Shown here: in pieces, positions 26,266-40,120 of the stretch
Position numbering within the stretch: the first letter of the stretch is position 1
Layout of the letters: each line of letters starts with the position of its first letter
NCBI RefSeq assembly: GCF_036321535.1
Contig: NC_087436.1
Coordinates: forward strand, 54,190,001 to 54,254,000
Direction of reading: 5' to 3'
DNA length: 64,000 bases
DNA from: Camelus dromedarius
Lineage: Eukaryota
Notes under the pieces: model-generated
What the model was told of the DNA's origin: nothing
Database searches by the model: none
The model's input: the letters and a program-made list of their open reading frames with translations, nothing else
Made by a program: the position numbers and the translations under genes

Positions 26266-26283
26266 TTCACTAGGTGGCGCCAA
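26266..26283 (+). promoter_or_regulatory. Candidate CTCF core motif
   Basis: ttcactaggtggcgccaa matches CCACYAGRKGGCRC with one mismatch; it is a GC-rich island within AT-rich unique DNA. Confidence 0.5.
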
Positions 26284-27389
26284 TACTTTGGATCTTTGTT
26301 GACACAAAACCTTATTTATTCATTTATTTCCCATATTCATTAAAACAGATGGTTCACAAGTATGTGGTAAGGTATGAAAATTTGCCTTGTAGTTTTCCTG
26401 AGCAAACCTAAATTGGAAGTTTTAGTTCTTTGGAAGTTCTGCCAAATTGAAATAATTTGGAACTATATATTTTAAAATGTTAAGTTCTGGTTGCAAACTA
26501 AGAGAGCTGTTTGTTTCTCTTTGTTTATGTATATAAATTTATCAAAATTGTTAGAATTTTAAAAGCTGTATTTTGAAGGTGCAATTTATAAATTTGCTTT
26601 TTCTCTGGATTAGTATATACCTAAAAATAATTTACTAATCTTCAGTAGATATTAAGTAGATCTCAAGGAGAATGTTGTAGTTTCAGATTAGTAAAAATAT
26701 GCTAAAAAATTAATAAGGCAGTAATAATATTTAGTCTTTTGTGATTATTTGAAGCCTGCTATCATATTATTAATGATTTTCTCTTATGAGTGGATTGTTC
26801 CATTATTTCTGATGCAAAAATTTCACTTTTTCATTGTTCATCTTTAATATTTATTAAACAACTTAATTTGTGGGCATTATAACAGATACTTGGCAATTTA
26901 TTGTAGCTAGCAATATGTAGTGGTGACCTTGAAAGAGTGGAAATTTGAGGATAAACAAAGATTTAGGAAGACTTGCACTCAGTTCAGTATGTTTTTCTCC
27001 CCCAAACACAAGTTAATTGTTTGAATTATGGTTACTGTATCCAGAAATCTAAGTGCTCACTTTTCTTACTTTCTAATAAAACTTTTCCAATTTTTAAATT
27101 ATGGGTTTCAAAGAAAAAAGGTGTTAAGAAAGATGGGATGAAAGGATTAAATCGTTAAAATATAAATAGACAAAATTATGTGTGAGAAAAGCAGTGAGGA
27201 TGAAGTTGGAAACATTTATTCATTGATTAAACATTGATTGAATATCCTTTGGAAGACAATCTGATATCTTCAAGTCTAACTGTAAAATAGATTGTAGTAT
27301 TATTAGTGAGTTTTATATATGCTAAAGTCATATTCATGGTAAAAATTTAAAAACTATAAAATAAAGCTTTCTTTGATTTATTCATAGTT

Positions 27390-27665
27390 TTGTGGCAAAG
27401 AGTTCAGGCTTTGGAATCACAATACACTTTCTTGCTTCATTACATACTAGTCTTGTGACCTTAGGCAAGTTACTTTGCCATTTTAAACCTATATATTTTT
27501 CTTCTAAATCTCTAAAATATGAATAATACTATATACAAAAATATAACAAAATGTTATTGTGAGAATCCAATGAAATGTGATTATATACACACACATACAC
27601 ACACAGCTTAACACAGTGTGTGACATTTGTTAATACTCAATAAGTGACAGCTATTACTATTACTC
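27390..27665 (+). mobile_element. MIR SINE
   Basis: caggctttggaatcac...gtgaccttaggcaagttact...actcaataagtgacagctattacta. Confidence 0.75.
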
Positions 27666-27669
27666 ATGT

Positions 27670-29900
27670 AGTGACTATTGAATGAACACCTATCCCATGC
27701 TGTGGTTAGAAAGATGATGAATATAGTACAAAGTTTTTTGAATCAAGGAACTCACATATTGATGGAAGATACAAATATGTAAACAATTATACAATGATAT
27801 CCAAATAAGGTACAGTGAGACTTCAGAATAGAAAGCCATTGATTCTTCTTGGGGGATGACACAAGCTAGGAAAGAATTCCAAAGTATATTTGAGTTGTGT
27901 TTTGAGGGTTGAATAGGTGTTTGTCAAATGGTATAGAATATTATAGGCCAAAAGGATGTGGAAAGCCATCAAGATTTGAGAAGATCAGTTATTATTTTTA
28001 ATCAATAGGGGATGGTAAATTAATAAATACTTTAAGCAGAAGATTCATGAACAGTTTTGTAGTTTCAGAATAATAGGACAGTAAGCTGTGAGTCAAATGG
28101 GTGGGATATGGGGAAAGGGAGGGAGGGAGAAGTCATGCAGTGATACATAGTGATTCACATAGTGGATGCCTGTATTAAGATAGTGAAATGACGTATATTT
28201 GAATATTAGCATTGGCTTTATCTAGTGATTAATTTGATGTGGGAGGATGAGTGGGAAGGAAGTACTGAGGATGATTTTTAGATTTCTCACTTGGCATACT
28301 ATGTGAGTGGTGCTGTAGAGAGTTAGAGAGATAGATGGCATACCACAGTGTGTGCATACCTGCATAATCCTGGGGAGTCACATTGTATTAAGCACTATTT
28401 GTTATATAGACAGAAATGTCTTGAAGGTAGTTAAAATATTGAGAAAAATATGGGCTGGAAGTTTAGGAATTAGTCTTTGGGTTAAGTTATATAATCCAAA
28501 AATGGTAAAGCTTGAACCAGAGAGACTGACAGCATTTGATGGATAAATGGAGGAAGAGGAATCTAGGAAAGAAACAAGGAGGATTAAAAATGGTAGGAGT
28601 GGAATAGGGAAGGAGTGATCTCACAGGAGCCAAAGGAGGATTGTATTTCAAGAAAGTAGTTGCCATCTGTTACATACTTTGGGTAAGTTAATAAAGATAA
28701 GAAGTGAAAATGATCCACTGTACTTTGCAGAATTTTGGGATCATTGGTTCCTTTAGCAAAGCACTTCTGGTGGACTGGGTTGAAGATAGCAAGGTGGCAG
28801 TGGACTGAGGAATGGATGGGTGATAAGGAAGAGGGTCCTGTGAATATAGACTGTTTGCTCTTTCAGGGAGCTTGCCGAAAATGAAAGGCAGAGAAGGGAG
28901 GCTCTTACTGAATTATTTATTTATTTTTCTGGAGGAGAGACACTGTAATTCTCTGCATGTGTTATTTACCTTTTGCTATTTTAGGATTATTGCCAAGATA
29001 AAAGCTAGTTTAATGACTTTAAATAACCTGATAATAATTAGGTTTTTAATGTTTAAATTCAGGAAGCATTTACTGAGGTGAGTATTGTGTGCTTAGTATT
29101 ACACTAGTTGCTTTAGGCCTTCAGAAGTTAAAAGCAAATGAAAAACAGGCTTTTTTTTTTTTTTAAATTGGAGACATAAATCATGTGGCAGAAACAATTA
29201 GAGAAAATACATGGTGCTTCCTCTAACATTTGCTTAATGAATGAATGACATAAATCTATGAAGGTTAAAAATAGAGTATATGTGAAACACAGGGATATAT
29301 TGAGTGAAATGGGCCTTAATACTCCTTATCATGACATACAAAGCTGTTATAATCTGACCCTTAGCAACTACTCCAACGGCACATATTATAATTCTTCTAT
29401 ATGCATACTGGACTTGAGTCCTGTTGAACTGCCTTCATTTCCCTGAATTTGCCATTCTTCATTCTCATCCCCTACCTCTCTCCCTCTGTATAATGTAGCC
29501 TTTCTCCTGGAATGCTCCCTTTCTCTTCATACCCCTGACTCCCACTCATTCTTTGAGATTTAGCTCCTGGTTATCTATGGATTTCTCAATCATGGCATTT
29601 ATCATACTGTATTACCATGTCTGTTTCTGCCACCAAACCATGCCATTCTTGAGGGATTATGTCTTATTGAAGTTAAATCCTGAACACATGGTACATTAAA
29701 AGAATTATTGAAAGAAGAGATAAAATTATATTGAGCTAGCTCTTAGAGGAAATATTGGACAACAGATTGATGTAGAATAGCAGATGAGGACATTTTGAGT
29801 AGAAGTAGGAAACATATTGTGTGTGTAGCTGGCAGACTAATCTGACTATTCTAAGTGAGACTGTTTTAATGAGTACTGAGAGAACCCTGAAGATGGAAAT
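27670..29900. mobile_element. Degraded L2 fragments in both orientations
   Basis: L2-like purine-rich stretch at 27670-28890 and pyrimidine-rich cctggaatgctccc...cccactcattctttgagatttagctc near 29500. Confidence 0.6.
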
Positions 29901-30929
29901 AGAGGACTTTTAAGGCAAGCTGGAAATGTCCAGATTCCATATAAATTGTAATAGTCTTTCTTAAGTTGGAAGGTATGGGAAAGTTTTTTTAGGTTGTTTA
30001 TTCTGATAGTTGTTTATTTTGCATAACTTCATTTTCCAAATTTAATCCATTCCTGATAACATGGTGGATAGCAAGTATTTGGGTAGCAGGAACCTGTGTT
30101 CTGTTATTTTTCACTGACAAAAAAATAATTTAACCAGTCTGTGCAAAGTCCTATGTCAGTTTCCCCAAGAGCTCTTAAACAGCTATGTAATAATTGCACA
30201 AGGATTTCAGCAAGGTATTTAAAACACCAGTTACCTAATTTAAAAAATTTTATTGAGCTTATTAGTATATTTGTGTAGTAGACAGTGATACTGTTCTGTA
30301 GCAGATATTACTTTGTAATTTGCAAAAAACATATTCTGTAATGTAAATAAACAATGAAATAACATGTTATAGATACTTAAAATATCTAAATTGTCTGGGT
30401 TGATTGTATCCTCAGTCACCTGGCAGAAAGCAAAATCTAGGACCAATGAAGTGCTAAGGCTAGGGAGCAGGGGAGGGGTAGGAGGAGGTGGAAAATGATG
30501 AGTGCATCTGGGTACTGCATTTGAAAGTAGTGATCTCATAGGGTAACAGCTAGGGTAGGACTGTAGACCGCTCTGTACGCTCTGCTCAGATTTGTACAGG
30601 GCACATTTTCTGCTGGCATGCATCTTCAGATTCATTATAAGAAGTTTTTTCTTAAGTATTGAACTTTGGGTAAGATGTTTGGCAAGTCATTTAAATAATT
30701 GTGTTCAGGTATTGAGAGTTTGGATAGCGGTGAAGACATGTATTTAATTAGGTCCTTTCTAAAATGAAGTGAAATACATTATTTTTATTGTGGACTTAGA
30801 GATTTTTTGATTTGCTAAATCTTGTTATTCTTAATATAAAAAAAAAGCAGAGTTTTTCCTTGCATTCAATATTTTAAAAAATACCTTTTCTGAGTCTTCT
30901 TAGGTTAAGGTCACAAACACTAAAAACTA

Positions 30930-31150
30930 GGATGGACTTTATGGAAGTCAGACTTGGGTTTGAGTTCTGCTTTAATGTTTGCTAGCTGTGGGTCCTTGGG
31001 AAAATTATTCAGCTGTTATAAGGCTCTCCTAGAAAATGAGGAGTATGTCATTTTTTTTTTTTTTCGTGAGAATTACACAGCGAAGGAGATGTTTTTACTA
31101 TAGTACTTAATATAGTGCTGAATACTTAATACTCAAATATTTATTATTAT
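30930..31150 (+). mobile_element. MIR SINE
   Basis: aagtcagacttgggtttgagttctgc...tagctgtgggtccttgggaaa...actcaaatatttattatt. Confidence 0.7.
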
Positions 31151-31494
31151 TTTTTGTAAGACTAAAAATATAGCACATTTAAAGTCCAAGTATGTAAATT
31201 TTTTCTTTTGGATTATACCCTGCTAATAAACTTCTTAATTTAGTCAAAGTGATGTATTGGGTTCTTACAGGTTTTAAATTTTTTCTGTGTTCTTCTGAAC
31301 CATTGCGTACCCTTGCTCCCAAGATATTCTGTCTTTATACTGGAGCAAATTCTTTATAAAAGGAACATGAGAACTGTGATGATTATTGATTATGATTGGT
31401 CAATTTGATTTGATAATTTTAATACTCTTGAAAAACCTAAGTACAGAATCATTTCCTTATATCCCTTTTTCTTTAACATAATAAAATAAAGTAT

Positions 31495-33375
31495 TATGAG
31501 TGCCTAAAAAGTTAGTAGAACTAATAAGTGAATCTAAAAGATCACACAATGCAAATTCAATACATAAAATTAACTGTATTTCAGTATTCTAGTAATAAAA
31601 ATTAAAAATTGAAATAAAAACATCATTTAAATTAGTACCCCCAAGCATGAAATACTTAGAAATAAATTTATCAAAATATGAGCACAACATAAATTAAAAC
31701 TGTAAAACATTACTGAGAGGATTTTAAAAAAGACCTAAAAAATATTGAATATCTTATGTTTATGGATTGAAGGTTTAATTACTATTCATAATGTCTGTTC
31801 TCAGATTAATCTACAGGTTGAATACAATAAAACTATCTACCCAATCAAAATCACAGAAGTTTTCTTGTAAAAATGAACAAGCTGATTCTAAAATTTACGT
31901 AGAAATGGAAGGAACCTGGAATAGCCAAAGCAATATTAAAAAAAAAAGAACAAATTTGGTAAAGTTACACTGCATGATTTCAACATGTACCGTAAAGTTG
32001 TAGTGATCAAAATAGTACGGTGTTAGCATAGAATGGGCATATAGATCAACAGTAAAGATTAGAGAGTCCAGAAATAGATCCACACATACGTGATCAATTG
32101 ATTTTTGACAAAAGTGCCAAAATAATTCAAGGGGATTGGAAAGTCTTTTCAATGAATGGTGCTAGAATAACTAGCTATCCACATTTTTTTTTAAAAAATT
32201 AACTTTGGGCTGAGGTAAATGGATCATAGACCTAAATGTAAAAGCTAAACTATAAAACTTCTGGAAGAAAAAATAAGGCAGAAAATCTTTACAACTTTGG
32301 GATGAGAAACTATTTTTTAGGCAGGACACAAAAAGCATAAACCATAAAGGAAAAAAAGTGATAAATTGGACTTCATCAAAATTAAAAACTTCTGTTCATT
32401 GAGTCACTGTCAAGAAGATGTACAGGCAAGCCCAGGCTGGGAGAAAATATTTGCAACACACCTGTCTGACAAAATAATTGTATCTGGAATATATAAAGAG
32501 CTCTTAAACCCAATAACAATAAGACTAAGTAAGGGCTCATAAAAATGAGCAAAAGATTTGAACTGACACTTCCCAAAGGAAGGTATGGAAATGACAAATA
32601 AGCATGAGAAATTTGCTTAAAATTATTGGACCTTAGGGAAATGCAAGCTAAAACCACAATGTACCCTCATTTGAATGGCTGAAATTGAAAAGACTGATAA
32701 TGTCAGCTGCTGGGACAGTGTGCAACAGCTGGAACTCTTCATACGTTGTTTGTGGGAATGTAAAATAATAACACACTTTGGAAAATTTTTGACAGTTTCT
32801 TGTGTGTAAAGTTAAAATAGACACACCCTATGATACAAATCAACTCCTAGATTATTTATGTAAGAGAAATGAAAACATATGTTCACAAAATATTTATATA
32901 TATATTTTCATAAAAGCTTTATTCATTATTATGAATATTTCCCAAACTGGAAACAGCCCAAATATTCATAAGAAGGTGAATGGAAAAAACAAGTTGTGAA
33001 TATTTATACGATATAATACTATTCAGCAATAGAACTACCCATAGAATGACTCATTCACAAAGCTTCATGATGAATCTTAGAAATATTCTCCTGAGCAAAA
33101 GACACCTGACTTAAAAAATATGCTATATGATTCCATTTATATAAAACTCTAGAAAAGACAAATTCAGTCTATAATAACAGAAAACACATTAGCTGTTGCC
33201 TGTAGCCTGAAGTAGGAAGATTGCCTGGGAAGTGGTACAGGGAAACTTTTTGTGGTGATAGAAATATTCTTTATCTTGATTATGACGATGGTTATAGAAG
33301 TTTTGGATCTGTCAAAACTCATTGGAGTGTACATTGGAAATGCGTATATTATGTTTGTAAATTACATTATAGTGT
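31495..33375 (+). mobile_element. Old L1 (L1MC/ME-like) ORF2 C-terminal part and 3'UTR
   Basis: tagaactaataagtgaat...gagtccagaaatagatccacaca...aaattggacttcatcaaaattaaaaacttctg...tatgattccatttatataaaa. Confidence 0.85.
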
Positions 33376-34264
33376 ACGTAAATTGTAGGATTTATATAGC
33401 TTCCTGGAATGTAAGTTGTGAAGGCATAGATAGTTGTTTTTTTTTTTTTTTTGTCCACTGTAGTATCCCCACTTCCTAGAACAGTCATTCAGTGCCTACC
33501 ATGTTGTGCATTTGATGAATGAATTGGTAAATCTGATAGACATTTGAATTGAATAAACATAAACCTTTGCTTTTCAGTATTTCTTCCTACGATCTGTTTC
33601 CACTTGTCAGTCTTGGATTTTTTTCCTATTATAATAATGTGTTAGTTCATATTTTCCAAGAATTTCTTTGAATAAAAGGATTCAACTCTGCTAAAGATCT
33701 GCTTGACCTATTCACAGTAAAGGGAAATTTATATCAATGTGATATTTATATCAATGATTTGGAAAACAATAATTAAGGTATTCCTAAATGCTCATGTAAA
33801 TTCTAAAGTTATCTTTTCATCAGGGTTTAAATCTACAGAAGATTTACATTCTCTGTGAGAACTTTGCAACCACGTATTTAGTCCTGCTCTCAGAGCTGAG
33901 GGACCTGGTAGTGGGCAATACCTTTGAGAGCCAGGGCACAGACATAAAAGTGACCAAGGCAGCATCTAAAATGTAGATAAAGAAGGCAGGGGAAAATTCA
34001 AAGGTAGCTGATTATCAGGTTTAAAGAATGGGGTTAGATTATAGGTAGGAAAGTAAGGAAATAGTTCAGAATCTGGGAAAATCAGTATTAGGTTGGTAAT
34101 AGTAATGAGAGGTAGTTTAGGCAAAGAGTCAGAACAGAGGTCACAAATAGTGTGAAAATATTGAGGCCCATTTTTATGCACTGTTGGCTGTATGTTTTGA
34201 AGATGAACATAATGTCTTAAGGGTTGGATTACGTAACAGTCCACTGAACTTAAATTTCACCTTA

Positions 34265-34850
34265 TCTTTTCCAAAGCACAAGCTCACCAACCTATGTTCC
34301 AATGTTTCCAACTCCGTTTGTCATTTGTGATGGGCTTTCTTGGTTGATAATCTGTGACACATGAACTTAGATCAGTACACACCTCTCTGTATAGAATCAC
34401 TGAGCCATGATACATCCCACACTCTTCAGTCAGTAGTAAGATGATATTTAAGATTTCCTGGGTCTCTTGGGATTGCAAACAGTTCTAAGTTTACAGATTC
34501 AGTAATTTGTCTTGAAAAAACATAGTGTAATGACTCGGCATTTCTGTGCATCATTAGAGGATTCTCCTAGGAAAACAAAAGATTTCAATTCTGTCCTGAT
34601 GTTTTAAAAAATAAATGAAAATTTCTGCAACTCTTCTCTGTCATTAGTAGCTTTCTACTGCCAGCTGCAAGAAAGTATACTTTACTGGTTGGTAAATTGA
34701 TCAAGGAGTCTATTACCCTAAGTCAGTTATAACAGAAGTAAATAAACTGGAATTCCACAAACATCAGAATGGACCTTCATCATTCCTGGTGAACTCTTGA
34801 CGTTGTTGGCACCTTCCATCACTGCTGCCCCTGAAGCTCATGCCTTACCC
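34265..34850 (-). pseudogene. Highly decayed, intronless CAMK-group kinase fragment (STK17/DRAK-like)
   Basis: Across frames the minus strand gives, in kinase order: AVMEGA..KSSPGMMKVH; DVCGIPVYLLLL*LT*GNRLLDQ; HLFFK..QN; LLFS*ENPL; HYVFSRQI; EILN; SVGCIM; VHVSQI. These compare with recalled STK17 AVLELAKSCPRVINLH, HLDLKPQNILLTSESPL, DFGLSR, PEILNY, WSIG and LNISQ. Confidence 0.5.
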
Positions 34851-35539
34851 TAGTTAAAGAAGAGAGCAGAGATTTGCTGGTACAGGGGCCTGTGGTGTCA
34901 GGTATCAGGAAACAACTTGAAGATACTGCATAGCAAGAGCCAAGGCAAGTCTAAGGCCACTGAGAGCAGCTTTGGAGGGACTTTTGGCAGGATTAGAATG
35001 CTCTGAGATCTGTTCTTTTGTTCTGATCTTCCATTGCCTTGACTGTCTATTTCTGATATCACACCCTTTCTATACTTTTTGTGCTTACCCCACTCTCCCC
35101 CCTGTCAATTAGATGATACACCAAGCCTGCCATTAACTTTGTGGTTTTTAGTAGAGACCCTGTAGTCTCCTGGTTTTCATATTTTTGGAAGGATTATATG
35201 CAGCTTGCATCACTAAAACTTAGGTTAGGAAGCACGATATAAGCAAACAGGAGTTGAACGAAGATTCCAGTACTTGGGTATTAAAAAAAACCCCACAATC
35301 TTAATTTTTTGCTGTGGGATATATCTTATAGTTACTCATAATTATCTTTTGCTTTTCTCTGATGTTTAGACTTTATTTCATATATCCATGCTAGCTGAAA
35401 AAATGGCCCCTAGGTAAGTGAAGTGTTACTATAAAATAAGGTATGGTTATGGTGTAAATCAAATAGATCTCATTTTCAATTTTGAAGTGTAGAAAAAAGA
35501 CTATGGGGATTATGAATTAGGAAATGTGACATTTTGAGC

Positions 35540-35690
35540 CATCTCTTATTAAGTGTGGATACTGAAAAGTAACGCAATTTCTCTGAGCTTTTTTATTTAT
35601 AAAATGAGTTACGATAATTCCTACTTTACAGGACTGGATAAGAAATGAGGTAATGCATGTGAAGGCACTTATTGCATTTAAGGCATTATA
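35540..35690 (+). mobile_element. MIR SINE fragment
   Basis: ctctgagct...ataaaatgag...ataattcctactttacagg...aatgcatgtgaaggcactta. Confidence 0.65.
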
Positions 35691-38672
35691 TGTATTGCTG
35701 CTGTTTGAAAAAATATATCGATTTACTTTTCTGAGTTAACACCTTAAGATTGAGTGACAGAAGCAACCACATGTAATTTGTCTTTGTGTATTGTTTTTGA
35801 AGATAGAAATTGTGATAGCTACATCACTGCCTTATACGAATGGAACAAATGTTTGCTGTATTTCATAATATGATTATGCTATTGCTGTGTTTAGAATTAT
35901 ACTCTGAATTTATCTAATTTAAAATTATTCGAATGGTCCTATTTGCTCTGTATTTTAAAAATTCACATTGAATTTTTATTGGATATTTTTAATTTGTTAG
36001 CCTAAAACGAACACCTTTCTCTCTAAAAGTAGCTACTGAGGTGGTGTGTAGATGTGTATGTATATCTTGTGTGCATGTGTTCACGTATGAATTATTACTG
36101 TTAAGGATTGCTAGGTAATCTCAATAGTGGCTGATAATGGTTCCCAATCTAGTAAATGGACTTGCTATTAGAATAGATTGTCCATTTGTGACTGAAGCAA
36201 CACCAGGTTGCTTTAAATCTCTATATAGAAAGAGAGATTTACAGCAAAATAGTTTATAAACTATGGAAATTCCTTCAAACTTAGTTTAAACAATTAGTTT
36301 ACATTAAATAATACTTCTTATAGTTTTATTTATACATAAAATGTGTATTTTTTAACAGTTGTATGTTTTCAGTTTTTGATTGTATATATTTACATTTTAT
36401 ACGTACCAGTTTTTTTAAGAACCACTTTATGGCTGAATATAGATTTTCTTGAAGAGTTTAGGTATAATGTAATACAGACAGATTTTATTCTGAAAAACAA
36501 CTGCATAAATTATACTTCTTGAGTCATACAGCATCTATCAGAAAGTAAAATGACCATCTCTATACATTTTCTATGGGTATATAAAATATTCATATATTAC
36601 ATCAATTGGTCTCAATAAGCAAACATTCTTTTTGGAATCTGGAGTGAAATAACAATTTTATTTCAAAGCAGGTAATGAAATAATATTTTAAAAAGTAACA
36701 TTTTAGAGAGATTGGTATTGATAACAACATTATCTATAAATGTACGTAATGAATTTTATGACAGGAAAACATTACCGTTTGTGTTTCATATATATGATGT
36801 TGCTGTATCACCATATGGAGTTGATACCTTGTGAGTCAGTCAGTGGAGAAATTTAGGAGGAATTGATTTCTCAAAAGTGTCAGTAGCAAGGTTACTTTAA
36901 AAGACTGAGTCTAATAAATAACAGTAATATTTTCTAGGAATTGATAAAGACAAGTAGTAAAGAATGAGTACGTAAGAGAAAGTGAAAGCAGTGTCCTGGT
37001 AAGACTGATGAGTACGTGAAATACTCATCTTTGCTTTTCAAACTAAACCTTTTAGGTCATCAATCAGTTAAGAGTGGCAGGTAGTGACCATTAGGTGGAT
37101 TCATTAACACCCTGCAGCCTGCTTGTACACGGTGACCCACATCTGTCTTCATTAGAAGTTTTCTGGTTGCCGGTAGTGAACAGATGGGTCATTATTGCCG
37201 ACACTGCCCTCTGGGCCTACCTGGAGGACATGCAAAGTCATCCTATACAGGACACATTCATATTTACCTACTAGGGTGTGAGCAAAATACTTTGAGTAAT
37301 GATGATATATTAAGATATTTTTAGCCAAAGGCTGCCCATGTGGATTAATATTTGTAAATAGTTTATGCAAAAATATTATTTTGGAGGAGACGGAATTTAC
37401 TTAAATGTCTATTTAAAATAGAACTATTCTGAACATTTATAAAAGCTAGGATACAATTGAATTATAAATTAGGCATAATTTGATGGTAAACTTTCATTTA
37501 GATTATTTGAATTTAATAGTGTATTGAAAGACTTTAGTAGAAACATAATATGTAATAGACATGGTTATTATTGATGATGTTTTTACATCATAAATACAAT
37601 GTATTTCAATATTTTCTTCCATTTATATAATAGAGTTCAAATAAGATTATACCTTACAATATGTGATACTAAATTCCAAATTTAAGATATTAAAAACTTA
37701 CAAGACATGTATTTGATTTATTTAACTGATTTAAATAAAAGGAAAATCATGTTTATAATCTTAAAGTATGCAACTTTAGTATTAAATTATATCTGAGAAT
37801 GTCTATTTCTTTCAGTGGCAGCAAACACTTTTGTAGGGACAGATTAATTATGTTCATTGTAATATCCTGGGTGTAAATGATGGGAAGATACTGTGCATAT
37901 TTATCTTTGCATTCTGCTTTTTTAAAATCTACTGAGATGCCTTTGTTCATTGGTGTTCAGGGTCATCAAAAATGCAGGCTACCTGTATAAACTTAGAACA
38001 ATGTCTCAGGAAAACTGTTTTATGAAATAGTTACTCTTCCCATAATACTATAAAGTGGTACTTTAAATCTAGTGTTCTGAGTTTAAGAATCTGGAGGCTA
38101 GGGTCCTGAGGAATTGGAAGACTTAGCAATTAGGAATTAATTTTTTCTTAAATCTAATCAGCTGGCTAGTGATGAATTTGGTTTCTTTCATGAAGTTTCT
38201 AAAAGAAAAATATTATGAGGGCTTCTAACTGATGATGATGATAATGATAATTGTGAATCAAAAATTTCCTTTATAATATTCTTAGAAGATATTCTTTGCC
38301 TAAGGAACCAAATGACGGTATACTATAAACATAGTGCCCCACTTTTTGTTAAGAAGTAAATGTTTTCTTCATATTTGTTTGTTTTTTTTTTAGTAATCAA
38401 CTTGCTTTATAGTTGGGGAGATAAAAAACATAGATTTTTAAGGGTCATACTTGAAATGACATTCAAGCTCTGTGTCTGAGATAAAATTTACTTTATTTCA
38501 AAAAACTATCCTTATATTAGGTTTTAAGTTTTCAAGGGACCAAGGAGGATCAAAGAACTAGGAATATGTCATGGGGACTTGCACAATGTCTTTTTTCTAC
38601 CATTGTGATTCTCACAGAAATAGTTAAAAGCCACAAAAGTTCCCTAGAATAACATGAAAAACTTCAGTACTG

Positions 38673-39052
38673 TGTATTACTTTGCTAGGGCTGCTGTAAC
38701 AAAATACTGTAGAGTTGGTGGTGAAAACAACAGAAATTTATTTTCTCAACATTCTGGAGGATGAAATTCCAAGATTAAGATATTAGCATCTTTGGTTTCT
38801 TCTCAGAGCTCTATCCTTGGTTCACAGATGTTCACCTTCTTGCTGGTTGTTCACATGGCCTTTCTTCATGCACATGTGTCCCTGATGTCTCTTCTTATAA
38901 AGACACCAGTCCTATTGGATCAGGACCCCACCCTTACCCTTATTACTTCATTTAAGCATAGTTGCCTCTTTAAAGGCCCTAGGTCTGGTCACACTGAAGG
39001 GTTTAGGGCTTCAACATATGAATTTGAGGGATACAGAATTCAGTCCATAACA
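38673..39052 (-). mobile_element. MaLR solo LTR (MLT1B/C-like)
   Basis: tgtattactttgctagggctgctgtaacaaaatac...aattcagtccataaca. Confidence 0.8.
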
Positions 39053-39179
39053 TCCTGTGAGAATAGGAATATTTAATATTGGTGAATTTTGTTTTTTGAT
39101 TTAATTTTTATTATATTTTATTGGTACACTTAGCCATTTAGGATTTATCAATACAACTTGTGAAATTAAGTTTTTCCTA

Positions 39180-39414
39180 CAGTTGACTCTTTTAACAGCC
39201 CAGGGGCTAGGGGTGCTGACACAGTCAAAAATCTACAGTCAAAAATCTGTATATAACTCGACTGTCTCTACACATAGTTCCTCTGAATCTGCAGTTGGCA
39301 TTCATGGATTTAACCAACCCTGGATTGTGTCATACTGTACTATTTACTACTGAAAAAAATCATTGTATAAGTAGATCTTTGCAGTTCAAACTTCTGGTGT
39401 TCAATGATCAACTG
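39180..39414. mobile_element. TcMar-Tigger MITE (MER8/Tigger2-like)
   Basis: Terminal inverted repeats cagttgac... and ...gatcaactg, flanked by TA on both sides. Confidence 0.8.
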
Positions 39415-39517
39415 TATTTTTACTTGTGTGATATTTTAGAAGTAATTCTATATATATAGCAGCACTTTTTTGTTTGATCATTTTCTCTCTTTAATTTTAA
39501 TCATTTAGGTTGTGGGT

Positions 39518-40120
39518 CACTGGTTCTCAAACTTTTTGGCCTCAAGACTGCTTAATACTCTTAAAATGACTGAGGACTCTCGAGAATATTTATATGGGTT
39601 GTATCTCATGCCACTTGTATTAGAAATTGAAACTAAGAAATATTTAAAATATAAGAATATACAAATGCTTATGAGTGAGTAAGTGTCAAACAGGAAACCA
39701 GAATCTTAGCTATTTTCTAGAGACTGAATATGTCTCCCGAAAATTCATTAGTTGAAACCTAGTCTCCAATGTAATAGTGTTTGGAGGAGGGCCTTTGGGA
39801 GGCGATGAGAACATGAGAATCAAACCCTTATGAATGGGATTAATGCTCTTATAAAAAGAGACTCCAGAGACCTCCTGTACCCCTTTCATCGTGTGTGAAC
39901 ACAGTGGGACGATGGCTATCTGTGAACCAGTAAGCAGGCCCACACCAGATGCCCATTCTTGGACTTCTTAGCCTCTGGAACTATGAGAAATAAATTTCAT
40001 TTGTTATACGAGCCCACATAGACTAAGACAGTATTATTATGAAATTAATTTTGATCTTGAGGATTCCCTGAAAGGATATCAGGGGCTCCTTGGGGATCAC
40101 TGGAACAAACTGAGAACTGT
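39518..40120. mobile_element. hAT-Charlie element (MER119-like) split by an LTR
   Basis: Left end ggttctcaaactttttggcctcaagac...actcttaaaa; right end ...ctgaaagg...tgagaactg. Confidence 0.65.
39714..40030 (+). mobile_element. MaLR solo LTR (MLT1A-like) nested in the hAT element
   Basis: gactgaatatgtctccc...aaattcat...gagaaataaattt...gactaagaca. Confidence 0.8.

Noticed and set aside
30240..30635. 131-aa minus-strand ORF with a proline run
   Set aside because: No domain similarity, Kozak or splice support; the Pro run comes from a simple G-rich tract.
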